This document shows, piece by piece, positions 1 to 6,417 of a DNA stretch of 22,166 nucleotides. Source of the DNA: a virus; the IMG/VR virus record IMGVR_UViG_3300044971_003869; one strand, given 5' to 3'. A program made the position numbers and the translations under genes. How positions within the stretch are numbered: the stretch's first letter is position 1; every line of letters starts with the position of its first letter. The notes under the pieces are model-generated. The model saw nothing but the letters and a program-made list of their open reading frames with translations. It made no database searches and was not told the origin of the DNA.

Positions 1-23
1 TAATATAAATATTTGGAAACAAT

Positions 24-398
24 ATGGTTGACCACGACGCTATGAGAAAAGCTTATTTAAGGGCTATTGACGAAGATATCGAAGAATCTTCTGATAAAGA
101 AGTTTTTAAAAAACCCTATAGGGGTAAATTTGGGAAAAAATTTTTTAGCCCCTTTTCTATTTCTACTTTTTCTTTATTTTTCAAAAAACTTTTTAGAAAA
201 GATAGACTGACTGTAGTATTAAAGTCTGATACTACCTCAAAAAAAATAGAGGTCATTAAGTTTACTCCACAAGAAACTGATACTATAACGAGTGCAGCAT
301 CTACTATGGGTGTTACATTGGAACAATTTTTTAAACATCTTTTTGAGGAGATAGTCAAAGATGCAGAAAGAAAAACTAACTTGCGAGAACTGTCATAA
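24..398 (+). CDS. hypothetical protein, 124 aa
   Basis: ORF track. The frame is closed upstream by TAA at 6-8, so ATG 24 is the first start. The C-terminal third (IEVIKFTPQETDTITSAASTMGVTLEQFFKHLFEEIV) has a weak strand-helix-helix (RHH-like) look. No firm motif. Confidence 0.5.
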   Translation: MVDHDAMRKAYLRAIDEDIEESSDKEVFKKPYRGKFGKKFFSPFSISTFSLFFKKLFRKDRLTVVLKSDTTSKKIEVIKFTPQETDTITSAASTMGVTLEQFFKHLFEEIVKDAERKTNLRELS

Positions 399-669
399 AG
401 ACTGGCAGAGAATTCCTTCTAGAGGAAGAAAGCCAAAGCTATGTCCTTCTTGCATCTCTGGTCCAGTCCAGGTTAAGGACTCTCCAAAACCAGTTGCACA
501 AAAAGTATTAGATCATGACTCAATGCCATTTCCTGGCCCAAGCAAATGGGCTTGTCGTTCTTGTGGAGCCTCAATAAGCATAGGTATAGATATAAAGCAC
601 CCGCCAACTCACCAGTGCCAAAAACGCCTTAAAAGAATTTATGCGCTTGAGTTAATACGGGAAGCTTAA
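361..669 (+). CDS. zinc-ribbon protein, 102 aa
   Basis: ORF track. Contains CxxC-x16-CxxC (CENC...CPSC) and a second CxxC-x17-C cluster with nearby His. GAGGAG at 345-350 lies 10 nt before ATG 361. Overlaps the previous ORF by 38 nt. Confidence 0.6.
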   Translation: MQKEKLTCENCHKDWQRIPSRGRKPKLCPSCISGPVQVKDSPKPVAQKVLDHDSMPFPGPSKWACRSCGASISIGIDIKHPPTHQCQKRLKRIYALELIREA

Positions 670-783
670 TTAAAAAATATTCCTACAAAAAATAATATGT
701 TAACTCTTTCACACTTGTTTGTGAAATGATTTTCTAATTAATCTGTTATTATAATGCTTGAGTACAAACCCCAAGGAGACACC

Positions 784-921
784 ATGCATTACGGTATCGA
801 TGAGATCATGATTAAATATATTAATAATACAGATTCTTTTAAGAAGAAAAGAGCTCGCAACAAAGAGTCTCATGTTATTTTTTTAACTCGCAAAGAACGC
901 AAAGCTAAACAAAAGATCTAA
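784..921 (+). CDS. small basic protein, 45 aa (MHYGIDEIMIKYINNTDSFKKKRARNKESHVIFLTRKERKAKQKI)
   Basis: Not in the ORF track (too short); translated by hand. AAGGAG at 773-778 lies 5 nt before ATG 784. A TATAAT hexamer at 750-755 lies upstream. Stop TAA at 919-921. Confidence 0.45.
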   Translation: MHYGIDEIMIKYINNTDSFKKKRARNKESHVIFLTRKERKAKQKI

Positions 922-944
922 TTTTTTTAAACTAGAACCTCAGA

Positions 945-1886
945 TTACAAAATGCCTCTCATAACCTTAATTGCATTCTCCGTAGACTGTATTACATTAC
1001 TTAGGGTTCCTGGAGACATTACTCCAGTTCCACCAGCTCTTACAATAGGTTTTACGGCCCTCTGAGCTTTTGCTACACCGTGTTTCTCAATTGATTCTTC
1101 TATATTCTTACTTACTTGTCCCATTATTTTAATATCTTCTTGACTAAAACTTTTTTTTGCGTATTGCCTTGGCCTATAACCCCTTTCTTCTCCTATATCA
1201 ACACCAATAGTTCCTAGCATTCTTCCTTTAAGATTTTTAATAATTCCTTTGTTTCCTTCGTTCACAGAAATGCTCTCAAATCCACGAACATCTTCTTCTA
1301 TTCCAATAGAAGGAAAAAACAACTCTGGAATTATTCCTTCAACTGATTTTTGAGAAGTCGTAATTGCCGAAGGAAGTGTTAATTTAGATAAACCAAATCT
1401 ATCAGCTTGTTCTGCCATGCCCAAAAGGTCATCGTACACTTTTAAGTTTAGATCTGTAATTTCTCCTATTTCAAGTCCAGATTTTAAATTAGCAATCGTT
1501 TCTCCTTTTCTAAAGTCTATATTTGGATCGATTTTCATGTCTGCGATCATATTTGAGTTTACTTTAATTCTATATAAATCCATTTCGTTGGATCTAAATT
1601 CACTTCCAAAAGTTGAACCCCACAAATCATGACTAGCCTGAGTGTGATATGGGTGGGAGTAAAAAAAGGCTCTGTCTTTTAATTCTTGTTGAACTCCATA
1701 TTGAAAGTTTATTTTTTTTTCTGCGTTAAAACCATACTTTAAAAGACTTTCTCTCGCTTCACGAGGAGCATAATGATACAAATACCCGCTACTCTCTGCA
1801 TATAGTTTGGCAAATTCTAAAGAAGACATATTTTCATTTAGAATTTTTAATCCTTGTGGTCCTGTTAAGCTAAAATGCTGCTGCAT
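945..1886 (-). CDS. hypothetical protein, 313 aa
   Basis: Long ORF. GGAGG lies 4 nt before ATG 1886, and a TTACTATA motif lies 23 nt upstream. No catalytic motif recognised. Basic Gly-rich C-terminal tail. Confidence 0.8.
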   Translation of the reverse strand: MQQHFSLTGPQGLKILNENMSSLEFAKLYAESSGYLYHYAPREARESLLKYGFNAEKKINFQYGVQQELKDRAFFYSHPYHTQASHDLWGSTFGSEFRSNEMDLYRIKVNSNMIADMKIDPNIDFRKGETIANLKSGLEIGEITDLNLKVYDDLLGMAEQADRFGLSKLTLPSAITTSQKSVEGIIPELFFPSIGIEEDVRGFESISVNEGNKGIIKNLKGRMLGTIGVDIGEERGYRPRQYAKKSFSQEDIKIMGQVSKNIEESIEKHGVAKAQRAVKPIVRAGGTGVMSPGTLSNVIQSTENAIKVMRGIL

Positions 1887-1909
1887 AAAACCTCCTATAA
1901 TTATTTTAA

Positions 1910-1917
1910 TATAGTAA
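1910..1917 (-). promoter_or_regulatory. TTACTATA motif copy (candidate -10 element, TACTAT = TANNNT)
   Basis: Lies 23 nt upstream of ATG 1886, with GGAGG between them. One of seven intergenic copies of the motif. Confidence 0.35.
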
Positions 1918-1952
1918 CTGGGATTATCTAGACCTCAAATCACACATTTTTC

Positions 1953-1961
1953 TGCTATACT
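1953..1961 (+). promoter_or_regulatory. extended -10 promoter TGcTATACT
   Basis: TGC at 1953-1955 followed by TATACT at 1956-1961. Exactly 7 nt separate it from ATG 1969 and no Shine-Dalgarno lies between them, which suggests a leaderless transcript. Confidence 0.4.
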
Positions 1962-1968
1962 AACTGAC

Positions 1969-2181
1969 ATGAATTACACAGATATTTACAGAAGAATCTA
2001 TGAATCTGTTAAAACAGAAATAATAGACCACACAGACGCACATTATGCGTCTTTAAGAATTGCAGATGCAATTTCCTATTTAAGTTTGAGCTGCGAAAAA
2101 AAGGCAAGCACCTTAGAAGTTATCAAAGATATAGTGTTAAGCTTAAGAAGCGATGCTATAATAGAGCAAGATCAGCAATAG
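1969..2181 (+). CDS. hypothetical protein, 70 aa
   Basis: ORF track. Preceded by the extended -10 box and no SD. No motif recognised. Confidence 0.55.
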   Translation: MNYTDIYRRIYESVKTEIIDHTDAHYASLRIADAISYLSLSCEKKASTLEVIKDIVLSLRSDAIIEQDQQ

Positions 2182-2193
2182 CGATCACATCGT

Positions 2194-2267
<74 letters not shown>

Positions 2268-2288
2268 ATTTAAACAAGAAAGAATGAA

Positions 2289-3299
2289 ATGAATAAAAGA
2301 GTATTTTTAACAGGAGCTGGTGGCTTTGTTGGTCACCATACTTTGGAGCACATCTTAAAGACAACGGATTGGGATGTCGTAATTAGCGACTCTTTCCGCC
2401 ATCGTGGCGTTACAGACAGAGTTACCTCTATAGCTTGCTGGGAATCCGAAAGACATCGTGTTCAGCTCATTACTCATGATCTAACTGTTCCTTTCTCTGA
2501 CGTAATGATTAAGGACATGGGTCATATTGACTATATTATTTCAATGGCATCTGACTCACATGTTGACAGATCAATTACAGACCCAGCACCTTTTATTTTA
2601 AATAATGTTGCGCTTGTTGTTAATATGTTGGAGCTTGCCCGCAAGATTCAACCAGAAGTATTCTTGCATGTGTCAACCGACGAGGTTTATGGCCCAGCAC
2701 CAGCCGGGTATGCCCACGTAGAGTGGGACACAATCCTTCCATCTAATCCATACTCTGGCTCAAAGGCTGCACAGGAAGCTGCCTGTATCTCTTACTGGCG
2801 TACATTTGGAGTGCCAGTAATTATTACAAATACTATGAACATTATTGGTGAGCGTCAGGATCCTGAAAAGTTTGTTCCAAAGATTATGTATTGTTTAGAG
2901 AAGAATATTCCTATGACAATTCACGGAACTCCAGAAAACATTGGGTCTCGTTTCTATCTCCACGCAAGAAATCAAGCTGACGCATTGGTTTTTATTTTAA
3001 AAAATTTACCAGCGGTTTCTTATCCAAATTCAGACAGACCAGACAAGTACCACATTGTTGGCGAACGTGAAGTCAACAACTTAGAAATGGCTCAAATGGT
3101 AGCAGAGTTTTGGGGTAAAGAACTTAAGTTTGAGTTTGAAGACTTCCATACTACAAGACCGGGACATGATCTAAGATATGCTCTTGATGGTACTAAGCTA
3201 GCAAAAGCAGGATGGAAGGCTCCCATGCCTTTAGAGAAGTCTCTACAGACAACTGTAGAATGGACTAAGAAGCATCCAGAATGGCTGTGGAGAGACTAA
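2289..3299 (+). CDS. NAD-dependent sugar-nucleotide 4,6-dehydratase, dTDP-glucose 4,6-dehydratase (RmlB)-like SDR
   Basis: GAGGFVGHH Rossmann motif, SHVDRSI, VSTDEVYG and YSGSKAA (YxxxK) match the extended-SDR/RmlB signature blocks as I recall them. Confidence 0.8.
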   Translation: MNKRVFLTGAGGFVGHHTLEHILKTTDWDVVISDSFRHRGVTDRVTSIACWESERHRVQLITHDLTVPFSDVMIKDMGHIDYIISMASDSHVDRSITDPAPFILNNVALVVNMLELARKIQPEVFLHVSTDEVYGPAPAGYAHVEWDTILPSNPYSGSKAAQEAACISYWRTFGVPVIITNTMNIIGERQDPEKFVPKIMYCLEKNIPMTIHGTPENIGSRFYLHARNQADALVFILKNLPAVSYPNSDRPDKYHIVGEREVNNLEMAQMVAEFWGKELKFEFEDFHTTRPGHDLRYALDGTKLAKAGWKAPMPLEKSLQTTVEWTKKHPEWLWRD

Positions 3300-4735
3300 A
3301 GTCTAGCCCTTAAGATAGATAAAAGGGCACCAGCTTCACGCAAAGCTCCAGACCCTCTCTTGCCCATGGTAACAGCTTTAGATGCTTGACGAGCAGCTTG
3401 TACGCCTCTGCTAGATCTATTGATAACAATATTAGGTGATCTTGGAGCTATATTTTCTACTGACTCCACAACGTCGCTAGCTATAGTGCCAATAGCTTTT
3501 GGTTTTGCAGCCAAAGGTTGCCCATGTATGGGTGAATCTACAACCATTTTTAATTGCTGTGCTTGGCGGAAATTTCCTTCATTATCTAATAGATCATATC
3601 TTGCTGTGCCATAATCAAAATCTTGCTCTGCTAATGATTCCATATCTTGTAATAAACCTAATCTTTTTGCATCAAAAGCTTCTATATCTTTTGTGTTTTC
3701 AATTACCGTTCCAACCGTTGCCACATGACCATAGTGTCTTTGATCATTCAGCGTTGTTTTAAGTATTTTTCTTTCTTTTCTTTTTAGTGGAGCACCTGAT
3801 CTTCTTGCTTCTGTAACTAAACTATCGTAATATGAATCTGTATACATTGGACCAAAAATTTCCGGACCATGATCTGCGTATGCAACACGGCCAAGATTAA
3901 TTGGGTTAGAGTCAGTTATTTTTGAGTTAGCATGTAACGCATGCATTCTTATCCTTCCGGATTCAGCAATGCCTTCTTCAATTCCGGTTTGAGTCATTAC
4001 TCGACGATAACTGTCAGCTACCCCTTCTACCCAATTTTTTTTATAACGTGGATCCTTTCTTTGGGTAACCCATCCATATAGGTTTGATATTGGTTCATTT
4101 TGTGCTGCAGCTCTTCTTCCGCTTATATCGCTAAATCCATGAGTTAATTCATGGTAAGCTAAATTAACAGGATGTTCAAAAACTCCTGCAGAAAATTCTT
4201 CGGCACCATAAAATGTTGCACGCGTTATATCTTCTAGTTTTTGGGGAATTTTTATGCCTTCAGCATCTAGTATTCTTCCTAATTTTTCGTGACTAAAATT
4301 TGAATTTGGACCACCAACTGTGGCTTGAAATCCTCCTCCTGCAAATTTTTCTTCTTGTATCTGAGCTGTTTTTAAAGGGTGAAGAATTCTTTGTTTTAAA
4401 CTTATCTTTGGATTTACAATTTCTTCATATCTTTTTTGGTCTATTATTACGCCCACATGTCTGGATGAAAGTTCTGATCCAACCCCAAGAAATGGAGCTC
4501 CAGCACCTTTTGAAGTTCCCATATGAAAAGCAATGTTGGTATCAGCAAAATTAGACTCTCTTAAAAGAGCTTCAGTTTGATTGACTAGATTTGCATCAAC
4601 TATGTCTGTAGCTGATTTTCCAATATGAAATTTATAAGGTTCAGGTATTGGATCAAATTGAAGAATATTTGAATTTAAAGTACTAGATTGGTTTGGTATT
4701 ATATCTGAAATAAAATTGTGAATATTTTGAGCCAT
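3296..4735 (-). CDS. putative zinc metallopeptidase (gluzincin-like), 479 aa
   Basis: HELTH at residues 195-199 (plus-strand 4139-4153) is followed 13 residues later by NEPISN. Compare thermolysin HELTH...NEAISD. A TTACTATT motif and AAGG lie upstream of ATG 4735. Basic C-terminal tail. Confidence 0.7.
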   Translation of the reverse strand: MAQNIHNFISDIIPNQSSTLNSNILQFDPIPEPYKFHIGKSATDIVDANLVNQTEALLRESNFADTNIAFHMGTSKGAGAPFLGVGSELSSRHVGVIIDQKRYEEIVNPKISLKQRILHPLKTAQIQEEKFAGGGFQATVGGPNSNFSHEKLGRILDAEGIKIPQKLEDITRATFYGAEEFSAGVFEHPVNLAYHELTHGFSDISGRRAAAQNEPISNLYGWVTQRKDPRYKKNWVEGVADSYRRVMTQTGIEEGIAESGRIRMHALHANSKITDSNPINLGRVAYADHGPEIFGPMYTDSYYDSLVTEARRSGAPLKRKERKILKTTLNDQRHYGHVATVGTVIENTKDIEAFDAKRLGLLQDMESLAEQDFDYGTARYDLLDNEGNFRQAQQLKMVVDSPIHGQPLAAKPKAIGTIASDVVESVENIAPRSPNIVINRSSRGVQAARQASKAVTMGKRGSGALREAGALLSILRARL

Positions 4736-4751
4736 AAAAGAACCTTATTGA

Positions 4752-4759
4752 TTACTATA
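4752..4759 (+). promoter_or_regulatory. TTACTATA motif copy, plus-strand arm of a palindrome
   Basis: Lies 33 nt upstream of ATG 4793, with GGAGG at 4782-4786 in between. Forms a 7-bp inverted repeat with 4766-4772. Confidence 0.35.
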
Positions 4760-4764
4760 TTTTA

Positions 4765-4772
4765 AATAGTAA
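4765..4772 (-). promoter_or_regulatory. TTACTATT motif copy, minus-strand arm of a palindrome
   Basis: Lies 29 nt upstream of ATG 4735. Confidence 0.35.
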
Positions 4773-4792
4773 CCATGTTTTGGAGGTATGTT

Positions 4793-5011
4793 ATGGCTGG
4801 AAAAAAGCCCGCAAAAAAAAATGTCTCAACCCCTGTTAAAGAAGCAGTAAAACAGCTTCCTGGAAAGGCTGTTCTTTATATAGGTTCAAGTTTAAAATTA
4901 TTTAAATGCCCTACCTGTAGTAGACAACTAAAAAAGGGAATTGTATGGGAAGAAGGTTCTACTGCGTACTGCACAAGAACATGTATACCAAAAGTAGAAG
5001 TTGCACAATAG
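4793..5011 (+). CDS. small zinc-ribbon protein with basic N-terminus, 72 aa
   Basis: The ORF track starts at 4775, but GGAGG at 4782-4786 sits 6 nt before the in-frame ATG 4793 (MAGKKPAKK...). Contains CxxC-x17-CxxxC. Confidence 0.65.
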   Translation: MAGKKPAKKNVSTPVKEAVKQLPGKAVLYIGSSLKLFKCPTCSRQLKKGIVWEEGSTAYCTRTCIPKVEVAQ

Positions 5012-5085
5012 TGGAAGCTATGGTAATATGGTGGGTAAGCGTTTTTATAGCGTTTGCACTTCGGATATATTAAAGGATCAGAAAA

Positions 5086-5403
5086 ATGACAGAATATTGG
5101 TTAGCTGAATTTTTAGAGGAAATGGACAGAAAACTTCCTCCAGCAGAACAAGAATATGTAAACGCTATGTTATCAATCGTAGCAAAATATGGAAAGCTAT
5201 CCAATGGTGACAGTAATGGCATCTGGGTTGGCTATGTTCCAGGAGTAGAGAACGATAATCTTTCTATTGGCGTTAAGTGCGGTAACTGTGCTTTCTATGA
5301 GGGTAATGGAGTTTGCAAGATTGCAGCTGGCCAAGTAGAAGATAATGGATATTGTCGTTTAGCTGCCATTCCAGATGGTGTAGTAAAAGGGTACAGAAAA
5401 TAA
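5086..5403 (+). CDS. 4-Cys (HiPIP-like) domain protein, paralog A, 105 aa
   Basis: AAGGA lies 8 nt before ATG 5086. The C-terminal CGNC-x8-C-x12-C sits in the context C.NC.F...G.C.I.AG.VE.N..C. Paralogous to the next gene. Confidence 0.75.
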   Translation: MTEYWLAEFLEEMDRKLPPAEQEYVNAMLSIVAKYGKLSNGDSNGIWVGYVPGVENDNLSIGVKCGNCAFYEGNGVCKIAAGQVEDNGYCRLAAIPDGVVKGYRK

Positions 5404-5780
5404 TGACAAACTATTGGTTGTCTGAATATGACTCTCCAGATGATGAGGAGATGCCAGAAGACGAAGAGATGCCTGAAGAGCCAGAGGACGAAGAAGATCC
5501 TGACGATCCAGAAGAAAAATTAAATGACCGTCAAAAAATGATGTATGAACAATACGAACAGTGTGTAGAAATGCATGGTAAGTTTGACCAAACATCAAAA
5601 GGTAATGGTGCACACTACGCACCAGCAGCTAAGAATCCTTTCATTAAAGAAGGACTTATCTGTTCTAATTGCGTATTTTTTATGGGTGGTCAAGGCTGCG
5701 AAATAGTAGCTGGCAAGGTAGAAGCCAATGCTGTCTGTAAATTGTGGATTATTCCAGAAGAACTATTGACTAAGAAATAG
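5403..5780 (+). CDS. 4-Cys (HiPIP-like) domain protein, paralog B with acidic insert, 125 aa
   Basis: TAATG stop/start overlap at 5401-5405. The N-terminus MTNYWLSEY parallels MTEYWLAEF of paralog A. The Cys spacing is the same (CSNC-x8-C-x12-C). The ORF-track start at 5352 is rejected. Confidence 0.75.
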   Translation: MTNYWLSEYDSPDDEEMPEDEEMPEEPEDEEDPDDPEEKLNDRQKMMYEQYEQCVEMHGKFDQTSKGNGAHYAPAAKNPFIKEGLICSNCVFFMGGQGCEIVAGKVEANAVCKLWIIPEELLTKK

Positions 5781-5782
5781 TG

Positions 5783-5788
5783 TATAAT
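5783..5788 (+). promoter_or_regulatory. TATAAT -10 hexamer
   Basis: Perfect TATAAT exactly 7 nt before ATG 5796 with no SD, the same geometry as at 1956-1969. Confidence 0.3.
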
Positions 5789-5795
5789 ATAGCTT

Positions 5796-6416
5796 ATGAA
5801 GCTATCAAACAATCCTTACAGATCATCTAAGATTACTCTTCCATACATTTGTATATATGATTATTTTACAAATGAAGAGTTAGATCACATTGAATTCTTG
5901 TCAAAAACCAAAGCCCTAAACAAAGCTACTACAGTTGCTCAAGAAAGTGGCTTGGTTGTATATGATAATCCAATTAGAATTTCTAGCAATTGTTTTCATG
6001 GATATACTGAAGAAAATGCCTGGTTCTTTGAGAAGCTTAATACAGCCATTGAGTCAGTAAATAATTCTGTTTATGGCTTTGAGCTTTACGGCTACAAAGA
6101 CTACCAGTACACTGAATATAGCGGAGAAGAAAAAGGTAAATATGGAATACATATGGACCTTATCATGACCGATGCCAAGCCTGCTGATTTACTTGACACA
6201 AGAAAACTTTCTTTGTCCCTTTTGTTATCTGATCAAGGAAAAGATTTTACTGGTGGAGATTTTCTTATTTATGAAGGCGGATCGCCAACAAGAATAGAAG
6301 CACCAAAAGGTACAATGATATTCTTCCCATCCTTTATGCTTCATGAGGTAACACCAGTTACAGAAGGCTTAAGAAAGTCTATTGTAGTGTGGGTTGAAGG
6401 ACCTAAGTTTAAATAA
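5796..6416 (+). CDS. 2OG-Fe(II) oxygenase, prolyl 4-hydroxylase-like
   Basis: HxD (GIHMDL), RKLSLSLLLSD, FTGGDF, and a distal His with basic residue (FFPSFMLHEVTPVTEGLRKSIVVWV). This is the classic P4H/2OG-FeII_Oxy_3 layout. Confidence 0.85.
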   Translation: MKLSNNPYRSSKITLPYICIYDYFTNEELDHIEFLSKTKALNKATTVAQESGLVVYDNPIRISSNCFHGYTEENAWFFEKLNTAIESVNNSVYGFELYGYKDYQYTEYSGEEKGKYGIHMDLIMTDAKPADLLDTRKLSLSLLLSDQGKDFTGGDFLIYEGGSPTRIEAPKGTMIFFPSFMLHEVTPVTEGLRKSIVVWVEGPKFK

Positions 6417-6417
6417 A

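Noticed and set aside
907-936. AT-rich hairpin TCTAATTT-TTTT-AAACTAGA between the convergent genes 784..921 and 945..1886
   Set aside because: The 8-bp stem has one mismatch (G-U on the minus strand) and a single G-C pair, which is too weak to call a terminator with confidence.
4775-4792. N-terminal extensions in the ORF track (4775 for the Zn-ribbon gene, 5352 for 4-Cys paralog B, TTG 17129 for GT25)
   Set aside because: The internal ATGs at 4793, 5403 and 17114 have a correctly spaced GGAGG or a TAATG stop/start overlap. At 5403 the start also gives an N-terminus paralogous to the neighbouring gene.
5011-5073. Hydrophobic micro-ORF (VEAMVIWWVSVFIAFALRIY; GTG 5011 in a TAGTG overlap, or ATG 5020) between the Zn-ribbon gene and the first 4-Cys gene
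   Set aside because: At 17-20 codons with only a weak GGAAG close to the ATG, it cannot be distinguished from chance without conservation or ribosome profiling data.
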